Translations under genes and position numbers: made by a program
Shown here: one piece after another, positions 38,763 to 51,924 of the stretch
How positions within the stretch are numbered: position 1 is the stretch's first letter
Layout: each line of letters opens with the position of its first letter
Origin: Proteromonas lacertae
Lineage: Eukaryota
DNA: 64,000 bases
Assembly: GCA_002245135.1 (NCBI GenBank)
Contig: NGBS01001179.1
Coordinates: 1-64,000, forward strand
Reading direction: 5' to 3'
The notes under the pieces: model-generated
Told to the model about the DNA's origin: nothing
Databases searched by the model: none
The model's input: only the letters and a program-made list of their open reading frames with translations

Positions 38763-41700
38763 GTGAATTTTATAAGCATACGTTATTCTATAATTGTCTT
38801 CCAACACAAACCATTAATTGCTTGGTTTGACACTACGACAGCATCGTTTTTTATAATTTATAATAGAAATGGAAATATTATCGATTATGTTAATGTTGAG
38901 CTTTGTATACATTTTAACTCTATTGTCACAAAGGCATTTGCTACCAACTCAGACTATCATTACACAAATCACTCAGATGGAATATGTTTGGCAGGAGAGA
39001 TAAGAATTGAAGTTGCTAGCAGTAGTACAAATATGTTTAAAGTGTTTGGTATAGTTATTTTATCTAATCTAATAGAAATACCAAATTTTATTGGTTATTA
39101 CTTGTGGAGAGATGAAATCAACAGATTAGGTGGAATTTGTGTAGGAGGTGATAACAATGCTGAAGTTTACAATGAATGTGTAGGAGGAATGAGGTATATT
39201 TCATAATACAAGTATATAGACATCGAGTTTGCTTGCATGTAATTGAATTAGGAGATGTAACCACAACAGTTGATGATTATACCAAAATGTTAGAAGATTG
39301 GATTGATGAAGTTAGCAAAAGGCCAAATAAAGAAAAACCACATTTTATGCTATTACCAATGGGCGATGAATATAACACTATTTTAAACAAATATATATCA
39401 GATAAATATGGGATGTATGGATTTAATATTCCCACAATTGGTTCATGTGGAGCACTTGAAGCATATTCTTCTAATTATCATTTTGCATTCTCACCAATAA
39501 TGAAATCAATAGAATTAGGTTTACCTTCAATAGAATTATTTCATAAAAGATTAGGATATAGAAGATGGATGATTATAGGTGATACAATAACAATGCAATT
39601 CTCTATTAACTCAGTTCAGGCTATTGTTGATCAATATCGAGATGAAACTGGAGAAATGATAAATCTATTAGAGAAAAGATGTGAAGGTGATAGAAGTAAT
39701 TTCACAGGTATAAATTGTAAAAGTCTGAATGATTGTGGAAGTCAAGAGAATTGTGTATATCCATTAGTAAAGACTGATAATATATTAGTGAGTGATACAA
39801 TAGAAGAAATAACAAAATGGTTGAAATTAGCTCAACAATACAATCCAGATGTATTAATATTGAATGTAGATAGTAATTTACCATCCTATTTAGAGATATT
39901 AAAGAATATTGGATATACCCCAAATGTAATAATGAGTTTATTGAAATCATATGTAGCTATATCCCCAAGATTATATGATATTGATAATACGTATTTATAT
40001 TATGCAACAGCATTTAATGAGAAACAAGGATATGGAAATGATAGAATAAAAAGCTATTTAGGATCATCTGATAGTTATGTAAGATTAGTAAGTGAAAGTT
40101 TACATAAATACATAAATACTACAATTGACGCTGAATTAGTGGATGTAGAAGATGATTATGAGTATATAGCAAGAGGATCTTTAATAGGTGTTACAATCCA
40201 GAGATTAGTAGAATTGACTTCAACATTAAAGAATGTGCAATATGATGATGATGATTTATACTTCATATCAAATCCAGTAAATAGTTATTATACAGTTCTT
40301 CATAACAAATTTGATGTTTGTGAAAATGAAGATGGCAGTTATACACAACCATGTCATATTTCTAAATGTAAAAGTGGATGTAAACCATGGAAAACCTTTT
40401 TTGGACCAGTTGGTTTTGATCTAAATGGAATGAATGAGGAATTGAAATCTACATTAGTTCAAATACAATCCTATGAACAATATAAAATACCTTATATTGT
40501 ATCACCATCAACATCTCCAGTATGTAATTTAGACAATCATGTATGTAGTGAAAGTAATGGATTTAGTGATTGCACATGTAATTTTATTACACCATCACCA
40601 TGGAGTTGGTCTCCAAAAGAGAAATCAACTTATTTCACAGAAAGTGGAATTCTTATACTTTTATACATTATAGCTAGTATAAATTTGATAATAGTATTAA
40701 GTTTATTATTATTTTCCTATAAAAATAAGAGGTATATATATATATTCATATATTTATTAATATAGAAAATTAAGATTATGTAAAATTCCATTCACAATGT
40801 TACTATGGTGTATTACTCCAATAGTTTTAGCAATATATGACTTTGTAATAGTTGGAAGACCAAATACCTTTACATGTTCGTTAGAAGCCTTTGTATATTA
40901 TACAGGACTTGGTGTTTGTGCCTTTGTTCCATATTTTGTAAATAAAGAATTACATCAAAAAACAACAGATGATGATCTGATTATAAATTTAGAAATTTAT
41001 GTTTTAATAATATATTATTTCTTACTCTGTGTAAATTTGATAGTATCTCCTATACAATCTGTGTATCATAGTGAAATAATAAAGGAGAGAATAATATATT
41101 ATTATTCATGTGGTGAATATAAATCAAATGTTACATTTTCATATTTTATATGGTTTTTGATAATTAGTCAAATATATTATCTAATAAAAGGTAATTTAAA
41201 AAGAAATAAGTTAGTATTTTATATTCAGAGTTATTATTTGTATATATATTTCAATATATTTTTGTTGATAGATTTCTTACTCTTATATTTGGAACAGTAG
41301 CAATAGTCAATAATTATATACATCCATATGAAAGACCAATCATTATAATGTTGTTTATAATGCTTATTGGATATGGCTTTTGTTTTATTTTCCCATTTAT
41401 TTTTGTGATATTCATGAAAATAGCTCCTTCATTATTGCATGATTATAATCTAACCAGATTATCAAGTAAAAGAAAAGAATTAGATCATTTCTTAAAGAAT
41501 CGGATCTATAGAACTCATATGATAAGTTTTGGTGAGAATATAAAGATGAATAATTATATAGAGTTTTACTATGAAATAATGAAATATGAAAGAACAAAAG
41601 TAAAAGAAGAATTAGAAGCTAAAGCATATTCAATTCTAACAATATATATAGAGAATAATTATGTAGAATTACCTTTAGAAATCAAAGCCAATATAATGAA

Positions 41701-42109
41701 TCACTTTTCAGCAGTTGTATATGATAATATAAATAATATATTCAAATAGACAATTGATATTTTTAATGAAACGAAAGAGTATGTTTTTAACTTACTATTG
41801 AATGATTTTTGGGATAAATTTGTTTATTCTGAATATTATGAAACAGCTTTAGATGATCAAGTGTATTTTAAATTCTTTGAAAGAAGACATGATGTGATAT
41901 TAAAATCAATATATACTAGTTTAGGAGTAAGTATAATGAATGAAAAACTTAGTAGCGATGAAAAAGATGAAATAATAAACATTCAAAGACCTAACTCGAG
42001 TGTTTACAAATTATCTCGAACTTCAAAATCATCAAAGTGCAATTCCAGAAAATCTAAGCAAGCTTTAAACTTATTAACTCCAAAAATTAGTGAAATATCT
42101 TTAAAATGA
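38763..42109 (+). CDS. Receptor with a PBP1/LivJ-like (Venus-flytrap) ectodomain, multi-pass TM region and C-terminal RGS domain (5' end uncertain)
   Basis: GYYLWRDEINRLGGICVGG...VCLHVIE (PBP1 family N-terminal motif), TFFGPVGFDLNGMN...LVQIQ, several hydrophobic helices at 40650-41420, and LDHFLKNRIYRTHMISF...IEFYYEIMKY...AYSILTIYI...FNETKEYVFNLLLNDFWDKFVYSEYY (RGS). Confidence 0.8.
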
Positions 42110-42410
42110 GAAGTATTTTTGATGCTTTTTTGTTTATAATATTTGTTGCGGAAGCATAAATCATATGAATGTTAAAAAATCCATTATACCAACTTATAAA
42201 ATGATATAATGAACTTTCAAAAATGCAATAGTTGTGATTGTATTTATAGGTTTAAATCTCATATATCTCTCTCACAGTTAATAAGATTCTCTATCGATTA
42301 AATAAAGCTGTAAATTTGATCTTTTTTTAACATCTGAAGTATTTTTCTTTTCATTCACAAATTATGAAATATATAAATCTATTTTATACTTTTTTGATTT
42401 TTTGGTTCAC

Positions 42411-42504
42411 TTATTCATTCAATATTCAACAAATACAATAAATACATCAGTTACATTAAATACATTGTATTTTCAAAATACATTTCAAAAATCATTCTTT
42501 TCTC
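42411..42504. repeat. Dispersed intergenic repeat, copy 2
   Basis: AAATACATTGTATTTTCAAAATA at 42458-42480, with flanks similar to 38381-38463. Confidence 0.6.
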
Positions 42505-42641
42505 TCTATTTTCATAATGAAAGAAATTAGATGAAATTAAAATATCATAACAAATACAAATGCATTATATTAATCAAGTTAATAAAGAATAATTCACAAA
42601 TTCTTTTAAAAAATCAAAGAAATATACTACAAAGATTAAAA

Positions 42642-45200
42642 TTAGAATTTTTGTCTCTTCTGATGTTCCAACATGAATAAATTTCGTATAAATGAAGAGA
42701 TCTTTTCTTCAAAAAGCATATAAGGATCAGGATTCTTGTATAATGCAACTGCACATAAACCTTGCCAAAATTCCATAAATGATAATTGTTTACCTCCAAT
42801 CAATGTTGATTCATTTATTCCCCAGATCTTTTCGCTTATCTTTGTCACATCTTCTTTACAGAAATAATTATCATAAAACCCCCAAAATCCCATCAAATCA
42901 CTAAATCGTTTTATACTGTCAAAATTAGCATCTCGATCTTGATTATTCTTTATTCTTTCTCGATAGATTATTCTCAATCTCTTTTCATTACTATTTATTA
43001 TTGTTCTAACTGATGGTTTGGATAAATTCTTTCGAAATTCATAACTTCCATTTATTCCTGTATTCTTTACTACATAATTCTCTAATAAGTCTTTCAACGA
43101 TTCAGTTAAACTCTTTTTACTTCGACTTTGTAAATAAGATAAATGACATAAACGACGAACAAATTTGGGTGGATCTATATCATTCTCTTCAATTTCACCT
43201 CCAGGAATTAATGGCTTTTCAAATAATTGACGAATTCTTTGAATTGTGATTGATTCACTGATTATTCCTGTATCTCGAACAAATAATAAAAAATCACTTG
43301 AACTCATCTTATTATCATTACTTTCTAAAGAGTTATAGAAGAAATAACAATATTTGATTTTCTCATAATATTCTTCTAAGATATTGGAAATATTTATTGC
43401 TACTGTTCCTGGATCACTTTCATTACTATTTATGGCTTTTACACTTTCACTATCAAATGATACAAATAAGATTTTTAACATAGATAAATCCCAATCTACC
43501 AATTCAAAATTCTTATTTCTACCTCGACTTAATAACAAATCCCAACTTAAAGAACAAATTCGATATTTTATATGATTCCATAAATTCGTATAATTTTCAT
43601 GTTTTTGAATTACATCTAATGTATAATCACAAAAATCACTATATTTATCAATAAAATCATATAATGGTTTTGTATCAGCACTATCAGGAATTTCACTCCA
43701 TGTATTTTGAATATCATTATATTCTTCATTCAATTCTTCTAATCTCAATAAACAACCTTTATACTCATCATGAAGATTGAAATTGGTAAAATGCAATAGC
43801 ATATAACTTAGAAAACATAAATTTAAATCTCCATCACCATTGATTATTGATTCTATTGTTATTATTGGAGGAATTTTTAAGAAATTTATTAAATCAATCA
43901 CTTCTCGAGCTCTTAAATCCCAATCAACATTCTGCAGATTTTCATTTATATGAGGATATTTTTCTTTACATAATTCATATATTATTCGATATAAGATTTC
44001 ACTGTCTTTTAAATTATTGGTGAAATTTTTCATTACTCGACCTATTGGTAATGGTTGTAGTATATGATTTACCCATCTTAATATTAATTGATCTACTGGT
44101 AATTCTAAGATTATTTTATCATTATCATCATTATTTTTAAATATTGAACAATCAGGAACACATACTAATGATAATAAACTCACTTTTAATATATGAAGAG
44201 TAGATTTTATCATTTTATAACTCAATTCTTTCCAATCTTTACTCATACATTTCAATTCACTATGTCTTCGTAACATCACTTCATTCTTCACATTTGTTAC
44301 TTTCTCTTGTAATTTTCGTAATGAATTTGTCGCTGTTTCAACATGTTTTTTTTCTTTGTCTATTTTATCTTCTAATTCATGTTGTTGTCTATGTAATTCT
44401 GTTAATTCTTCAGCTAATGGTTGATATTCTTCTCGAACTATCGCTAATTCTTTTTCTAGTCTTAAACTCTTTCTTTCTTCTGTATATTTCTTCCAAGCTT
44501 CAAATATTCGAGAACCTGTTTTCCATTTCCATCTTCCAAACACTGCCATTACTTTTTGACGATATACTCTTTTCTCACTTACTCTTTCTTTCCAAATTGA
44601 AAAACATTTATAAACTATTGAATTAAACCATTTCATTGCAGCTTTACGAAGTTTAGCTTGACGTTTCTGTAATACAGTTCGAAGCTTTTCTAATTTCTTT
44701 CTCCACATTGTTGTTTCAGTTTTTAATCGCTGTTTTTCTATATGTAATCTTTGGACTTCACTATAATAGGTTTTTAATTCGAATAAGTTTTCACTACTTA
44801 TATTACCTTCATTTATCATACACTGGAATTTACCATCATTTACATAAGTTCCAGCTAATAATTCATATTTCAATAGATTTAAAATCTCATTATATCGACT
44901 AAATTGGTTCGTTAATCGATCAAATAACTCCCAACATATTGAAGTACGAAAATTGTTGGGAATTACTAACTTTTCTGAACTACTAAACGCTTCTTCTAAT
45001 CGATTGTTAGTTTCGTCTAACAAGTCGTTGAAGCAGTTCTTTTCTCGACTATAACTATCTAACCATTCTTCTAAACAAGCTTTTTCTTCTCTATTATCAA
45101 CTATAAAGTGTTTTGAAAGATCAAGTGCTAACAGATTATCATCATCATCGATATCTTCTATTGTTTCACTTTCTAATTCGCTTTTTGATTCAAAATTCAT
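42642..45200 (-). CDS. Coiled-coil protein with a calponin-homology domain and EF-hand-like C-terminus
   Basis: 852-aa ORF. LPVDQLILRWVNHIL...MKNFTNNLKDSEIL is a plastin-type CH motif, preceded by coiled-coil and W-containing repeats. Confidence 0.7.
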   Translation of the reverse strand: MNFESKSELESETIEDIDDDDNLLALDLSKHFIVDNREEKACLEEWLDSYSREKNCFNDLLDETNNRLEEAFSSSEKLVIPNNFRTSICWELFDRLTNQFSRYNEILNLLKYELLAGTYVNDGKFQCMINEGNISSENLFELKTYYSEVQRLHIEKQRLKTETTMWRKKLEKLRTVLQKRQAKLRKAAMKWFNSIVYKCFSIWKERVSEKRVYRQKVMAVFGRWKWKTGSRIFEAWKKYTEERKSLRLEKELAIVREEYQPLAEELTELHRQQHELEDKIDKEKKHVETATNSLRKLQEKVTNVKNEVMLRRHSELKCMSKDWKELSYKMIKSTLHILKVSLLSLVCVPDCSIFKNNDDNDKIILELPVDQLILRWVNHILQPLPIGRVMKNFTNNLKDSEILYRIIYELCKEKYPHINENLQNVDWDLRAREVIDLINFLKIPPIITIESIINGDGDLNLCFLSYMLLHFTNFNLHDEYKGCLLRLEELNEEYNDIQNTWSEIPDSADTKPLYDFIDKYSDFCDYTLDVIQKHENYTNLWNHIKYRICSLSWDLLLSRGRNKNFELVDWDLSMLKILFVSFDSESVKAINSNESDPGTVAINISNILEEYYEKIKYCYFFYNSLESNDNKMSSSDFLLFVRDTGIISESITIQRIRQLFEKPLIPGGEIEENDIDPPKFVRRLCHLSYLQSRSKKSLTESLKDLLENYVVKNTGINGSYEFRKNLSKPSVRTIINSNEKRLRIIYRERIKNNQDRDANFDSIKRFSDLMGFWGFYDNYFCKEDVTKISEKIWGINESTLIGGKQLSFMEFWQGLCAVALYKNPDPYMLFEEKISSFIRNLFMLEHQKRQKF

Positions 45201-45230
45201 TAAAAACTATTAATACAACCGTTTTTTATT

Positions 45231-45275
45231 AAATACACTGTATTATCAAAATAGTTTATAGAAATGGTTATTTTC
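45231..45275. repeat. Dispersed intergenic repeat, short copy 3
   Basis: AAATACACTGTATTATCAAAATA at 45231-45253. Confidence 0.5.
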
Positions 45276-45554
45276 TTCTTATGTAGTTGTTTAATTGAAC
45301 TATATAAATAATTATTGAGATAAAGACTCTATTATAAATTTAATAGAATGCTTAGTTTATGTCAGTGTAATGAGTTACTGTCTTTGAGTTAAATCGATGT
45401 TTCAATACAATATTTTTTAATTATTGGAGTTTAGTGATGGTTTTATATTTATATATCAATTTTGGTTTATCATATGTCACTTAATTTTTAACTATATTGA
45501 AAAATCAATTTTTATATGATTGTTATTGAATAGAACATTATTAAATATTTATTA

Positions 45555-47221
45555 TTACAATAAATCACTGTTAATTGAATCATTATTATTTTCATTATTC
45601 TTTGATATAAAATTTCTTTGATTTTTAAGCTGTTTACAACAATCTTTTAGTACTTTTGCATCTTCTTTCAGTTTTTTATATTTCTTAATTAACACAGTCA
45701 TTCTTTCATAACTCTCTTTGTTGCCTTTATTTATATTCTCCTATTTTTCAATAATAATATATAATTATACAATAAAATGATTTTCATCTTGTTTAGTTGA
45801 ATTTATATTGTTATGATATTCATTAATTTCTGATTCTACCTTCATTTTTTCTTTCTATATATATAATTACAATATATTCTTTATTATATATACTATTAAG
45901 TCTAAATATTGTTTTTCTAACGCATCTTTCTCTTGACTCATTGATCTTAATACATTTTGTTTCTCATCAAGTTCTGATTTGATTACTTGAAATCTTCTCA
46001 TCCCTTCTTCCAACTATATATAATATTATATAATAAAATACATTAATTTGAATCTGTTTCATTTTCTCATTTATTGAGTTATTCTCTTTCAATAATTCTT
46101 CATTGCTAGTTGAAAGTTGTTGTTTTATTGTCTATTTATATGTTTATTTATTAATATTTATACTTCCGTTTGTTCTTGTAACATTTCAATCTTATTATTT
46201 GATTCAGAAACATAATCTTCAAATTTCATTTTCATCTCATTTAAATCATTCTTTATATTTGTATGTAATGTATTATATTGATCTAACTCTTGGTGAATAT
46301 TATATACTTCACTCTCTTTATCTATTATTGAGGTATTTAATTGATTATTTTCTGATTTTATATCCATTATTTCTTGTTCTAATTCTGTTATTTGTTTGCC
46401 TAAATCTGTCAGTTTTGAGTATAATTCTAAGTCTTTGTTATTTCCTATTTCTCTTAATTCATTTACTTCTTTCTATATATAAATAGAATATTCATATATA
46501 TTACTTTAATTTGTTCTAATTTTATTTCAACTTTTTGTGAAGATAATTGAGTAGTTTCAAGTTCCTAAATGAAATATATATTAAAACTAATATACACTTT
46601 GAAGAGTTGATATTTCTTGCAATTTTTTATCATCTGCTGAAGTATATTGATCGGTTTTTAGCTGTTGATAGTCTGCTAATTCCTGGGCAAAATGTTTCTT
46701 AACATCTTCGGTGTCTCTTGTATATCCTATCTGTAATCTTATCTAATGAAAATATGAAGATAAAAAAAAGTAATACATATCTATTCTGATAATCTTGCTG
46801 CAACTCCCTTTCTAGTTCAGCTAAATGAATTTGTTCTTCTTCTCGTGAATTATGGATTGATACAGATATTGGAGCATTCCTTAATTCTTCTTGTCTTTCA
46901 TTTATTGCATTCTCTAATTTCTTTAGAATTTCTGCAGATTTCTTTCTATCTTCATCCTATCAGTTATTAATGATAATATAAAATGTTTGAATATACATAT
47001 TGTCTTGTTTGTTCAGATAAATGTTTCTTTAAATTGTTATTAGCATTCTTCATTGATTCTAATTCAACATCTTTCTAGTTAAAATTACATTTTGAATGTA
47101 ATACTTGTGCTATTTCTTTCTCTAATTCTTCATTCTTTTCTACCCACTCTTGATATGCTCTTTTTACTTCACAAATAACACTGGAGTAATCTCGACTTAA
47201 ACCAGATGAATTATCCTGCAT
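45555..47221 (-). CDS. Coiled-coil protein (multi-exon)
   Basis: ATG at 47221 (MQDNSSG), E/K/Q-rich exons joined by micro-introns, stop at 45555. Confidence 0.6.
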
Positions 47222-47365
47222 TATAAGTGTATTTTGTTTTTTTAAATTCAAAAAATAAAACGGTGTTCGAAAATTTAGTAACACCAAAAAAATAAATGGA
47301 GTATTTTAACCTCATTAAACTATATATCCAACAAAAGCATAGTATAAATAAGTAAGTTATTAATG

Positions 47366-50300
47366 TCATTTCTTCGAAATACTTTTCGTAGAAGCATTTC
47401 TTAAAATTGGTCTTTTAGGCTGTGTTCTAGATAACCTGTCATTAGATGGAGCAGTCAAATCCTTTGGAATTGGTAAGCTTGTACTAAATGATTTACTAAC
47501 TTTTCTGAATTGCGGTCTTTTATATAAAATGTTTGATCTGACATTATTTGGCGTAGTTGGTCTTAATGTATCTGTTTTTAGTAGTGATTTATCGATTGGT
47601 TTTAATGGACTTGGCTTCTTTGGTTGGTATTTAAATACAAGATTATCTTTTACTACATCCTTTTCTTCTTCCATATCTCTTGGTGTATTAGCTGTTGTTT
47701 TAGGTAATTGTTTTTTATTAACTGGTGAATTTGATGTACTTGCTGCACCACGTGGTGAATTTAACTTTGTCATATCTAAAGGAGGTAATTTTGGTGGAAT
47801 TCTTTGTATATTATTTGGAGAAGATTCTTCACCATTTTTTATTGATTTTGTTGATTGAGCTCTTGAGTTTATTTTCTGTGAATTACTAAATGCATATTTA
47901 GGAGAAGTAACTGAAGCATCATTACCACTTTCTCCCACTCCTCCTTCTGATTCATTGCCATTTGAATCTGGTTCAATTTTTGCTTCAGATTTATTCCATC
48001 CAACTGTCTTGGCTATTGTCTTTAAACTCATTTTATATTTTTTTTCATATCCATCAATAGGTATTGGAGCTATTTAAACATATAACAACATATAATAATA
48101 ATAATACATAAATAATAACCTAAAACAGCTCCTATAACTAATACGGGAATAAGTAATGGAAAGAATATTACATTTGGAAAATATTCACCAATATTACACT
48201 TTACATCATCAGGTTTACATTCAGCTCTATAGAATATATTAATTAATTAATAAAATGATATACTTTACACATGCAATTAACGAACATATATTTGCCCAAA
48301 CTAATGCTAAATTAGTTGATGAAAGGAAATAATTAACTCCCATTCTAGCAAAAGGTGGCCAAAATAAACCTAAAATGAATTGTACAATTCCAGCTAATGA
48401 ATAAAACGCAGAAGCAGCAATATCACCAGTATTAGATATTGAATCAGTAAATGACAATAATATTTTAATAATACCAGTAATAAAACCATATTTTGTAGAT
48501 ACTATTAATGATAATGATAAATTATACTTTTCACCATAACATCACTAAATAATTGAAATCTATCATTCTTCCAATTCCTAAACCAATCTTTCCAACACTT
48601 TATTTCGCCCATATAACTAATAATAAAGAATAATGTTTTGTATATACATAACATCACCATCTATTCTTGTCAATCTTAAACCAAGTGGTAAAAATAATAT
48701 AATCATACATAGAGAAAGAAGTAAATAAATTATATGAAAAGCTCCCCAACACTAAATTCATAATATAATGTAATATATATACTTCAAGTTTTGGTGCAGA
48801 TTTAACTCCTTCATATTTATTAAATGTAATTGTTAAATTATTTGGATCACCACTCGTAATTTCTTCATAGAATGTTGAACATTTAAAAGTACCAAATAAA
48901 ACAGTAAAGAATGGAATAAATAATGAAGTTGTGCAAATCCAAATATAAACTACAACATTATAATACAGTTATCTATACACCATAAAATTTTCTTTAACCA
49001 TTTTCTATGTTTTAATTGTTTAGGAGTTAGAACACCATCATCATTTCTGTTATTATCATTATCTTTCTTTTCATCATCATTATCATAATTCAAATTACCT
49101 ACATTTGATTTTGATCTTGACTCATTTAAAGCTTTTGATGATTTAGACATTACAAATTGTTTGGATGTAATTGATTTTGATGGTTTAGGACGAGGAGACT
49201 GTATAGGAGTTTGTACAGGAGTAGTAGCAGTAGAAATAGCTGAAGGTGCATTATTTTCACTATCTTTATCCTTATCATTCTTCATAACCTCTGTAATATT
49301 CTTCATTGATTTACCTAACTGTGCTAAGAATGATCTATCTGGTGATTTTTCTCCTTCTCCTTCTTCTACTCCTTCCCTTGGAGATTGTGATTGACTTTTA
49401 TTATTATTATTATTATTATTATTTGGAGATTTTAATCCTTCTTGTGTTAGGTTTAAATCCTTGATTGACTTTCGTTTATTCATTGATGCTTTATTATTAT
49501 TTGATGAAGTACCACTTGTGTCAAGATCTCTAACAGATTTACCTTGTGATAAAGCTAATAGTTTTTTATTTACTTTTCCTTGTTTATTTTCAAGTTCTTT
49601 TTTTGATTTCATCATTCTTAATGTAGCATTCTTTACATTCTCTGGTCCATGAAGATTACCATACAATTCAAACATTTCTATATCATGTCTAAGTTTTGGA
49701 ACAAACTGTAAGAAGAGAATAATGAATAAAACAATTAAAGCAACAGTTGCTCCAATTAATTTTATGTGGTAAAACACAGTTAAGTCTGACTATATTAATA
49801 TAAATATAGATTAAATACTCCTGAAGTAAAAAGATGACCAACATTTCCACTAAGAATATTTACCACATCTGAAAAGGGATTCTTATAACTTAAAAATGGA
49901 TATGATAATAGCTGAAAGAAACTAACAACCAACAGAATAATTTGAATTAATGTATCTATTGGTCTTGATGCAAATTCTCTTTCTGGAGTATTAGTTTGCA
50001 TGTGAGTCTCAAAAACACTTCCATCATCACTAGCAGTCCATAAAAACTGACCTGTTATTTGAATTGAGTTAATTTTATCTCCATGTGGATTAAATGATCT
50101 TAATTTCTATAATTTTTAAAAATATAATCATTCTTTATACTCTATCATTCTTCATATCTAACACATGAACTAAATTATCTTCATTAGTAGTGTAATACAT
50201 TAAATGAGCACATGTTTGATATGCATTTAAAGAACCAGATACAATGGTATTAACTGTATTGGTTACATTTCCAGATTCTGGATCAATTGTCAATATTGAT

Positions 50301-51632
50301 CCATCTCTGCATGTAAAAACTAACTGACGTTGTCTATTGAAATCTAATTTTGCTACTTTCTTTTTTATACGTATTCTAATGTAATAATAACTGCAATAAC
50401 AATATACAATCTTTCTGTTTTACCATCCATCGTCATTACTCTTCCTGTAGTGTCTTCACATGCTGTATATAATCTTTCCTTTGTGAGATCTTTACGATGA
50501 TACAAAGCAGATATTGGATTCTATATAAGATTATTAAATATATATATTTACAGTATGACCATTAAATATTTGTTTAAGTTCTGTTGATTTCATATCAAAT
50601 TTATATATAACTCCACTCTTTGATCCTGTGAAAATGGTTTTACTTTTACTTGACAGAAAGAAACATGTTAAATCTCTAAAGAATATATATATAACAACAT
50701 TTAAAAAATACTTTGTTTTATCAAATGTTTTTGTTACATATCCTGTTTTTAAATTATGACAACATATCCTATTATCATTTCCCATTGTAAATAAATATGG
50801 ATTAATTCCTATAAACACAATTTCCATCTATATTAACAGATATACTACCATAATTTACATACTTTCTTAACTCCTCCATGATGAGGTGTAAATTTCTTCA
50901 TACATTGACAAGTCAATATTTGATATTGTCTTATATCACCATCTACACCACAAGTAAATAACCAATAAGGTTGTTTATTAATATCTCTTACAGAGGTGTA
51001 ATTACAATATCTGAATGATTTATCTGTTACAATTAATCCAGTTATAGCACCAGTATGACCTTGACGAATCATTGCATTGAAATCTCTCCATTTTACATTA
51101 AACCATTGCTTAAATCGATCCATTCTTGAATTATCATTTATATCTTCATCTGATTCCATTCTGCTAGAGGATCTACCTACAGTAGAGCTTGAAGCGTTTC
51201 TTTCTATATCATTTCAAATAAAATAGAATTACTTAAATGTCTCTTTGATTCTGATGGAGATGAAGGCTTTTGAGAAACTGAATGATGTAACGATTTTCTT
51301 GCTAATATAATATTTCAAACATTACATTATACATAATGGTTTTGATAAGGGAGAACTAGGTCTTGAATTACTAGGGGTAGTAGAAACAGACAAATTCCCA
51401 TTTTTCTTCTTTTTTGTTTGAGATACATCTATAGTATATTATTGCAATTATTCTATACCTTTGCTATTTATATTTGAAGTAACAATTCTTGACTTTGGTT
51501 GTTTTGGAGTTAATGCTAATACGAAAATAGTAATACGATACGAGTAGATTTTACATTAGATGATATTTGTTCATTTGGAGATTTCGGAGATTTTACATTT
51601 TCTATATCATTTTTGCTATTAAAAAATGACAT
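47366..51632 (-). CDS. WD40-repeat + multi-pass membrane protein with low-complexity loops (multi-exon)
   Basis: GHTGAITGL...LFTCGVDGDIRQY, IFTGSKSGVIYKFD and FNGH WD repeats at ~50000-51070. Hydrophobic segments at 48050-49950. S/K/P-rich tail. Confidence 0.6.
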
Positions 51633-51924
51633 TCTTATCTAAAACAGTTTGACATTGTATTTTACATTTATTTTACTAAAATGAAACGATTTTATTTTTG
51701 AAATTTTATATTGTCTTATTTAAGATATTTTATATTACAAACGAATGTTTAAACATCACTATTCTGTTATGGTGAAAGAAAGTGGAACTGTTTTAAAAAT
51801 AGTGAATGTTTGTTCAAACACCATATAACACTCAAAAAGAAGAGTAAGAAAAATAACAATTTCATTTAAATACATAAAAAATATATAATAACAACATAAT
51901 AATATTAAAAATGTAATCTATTAA

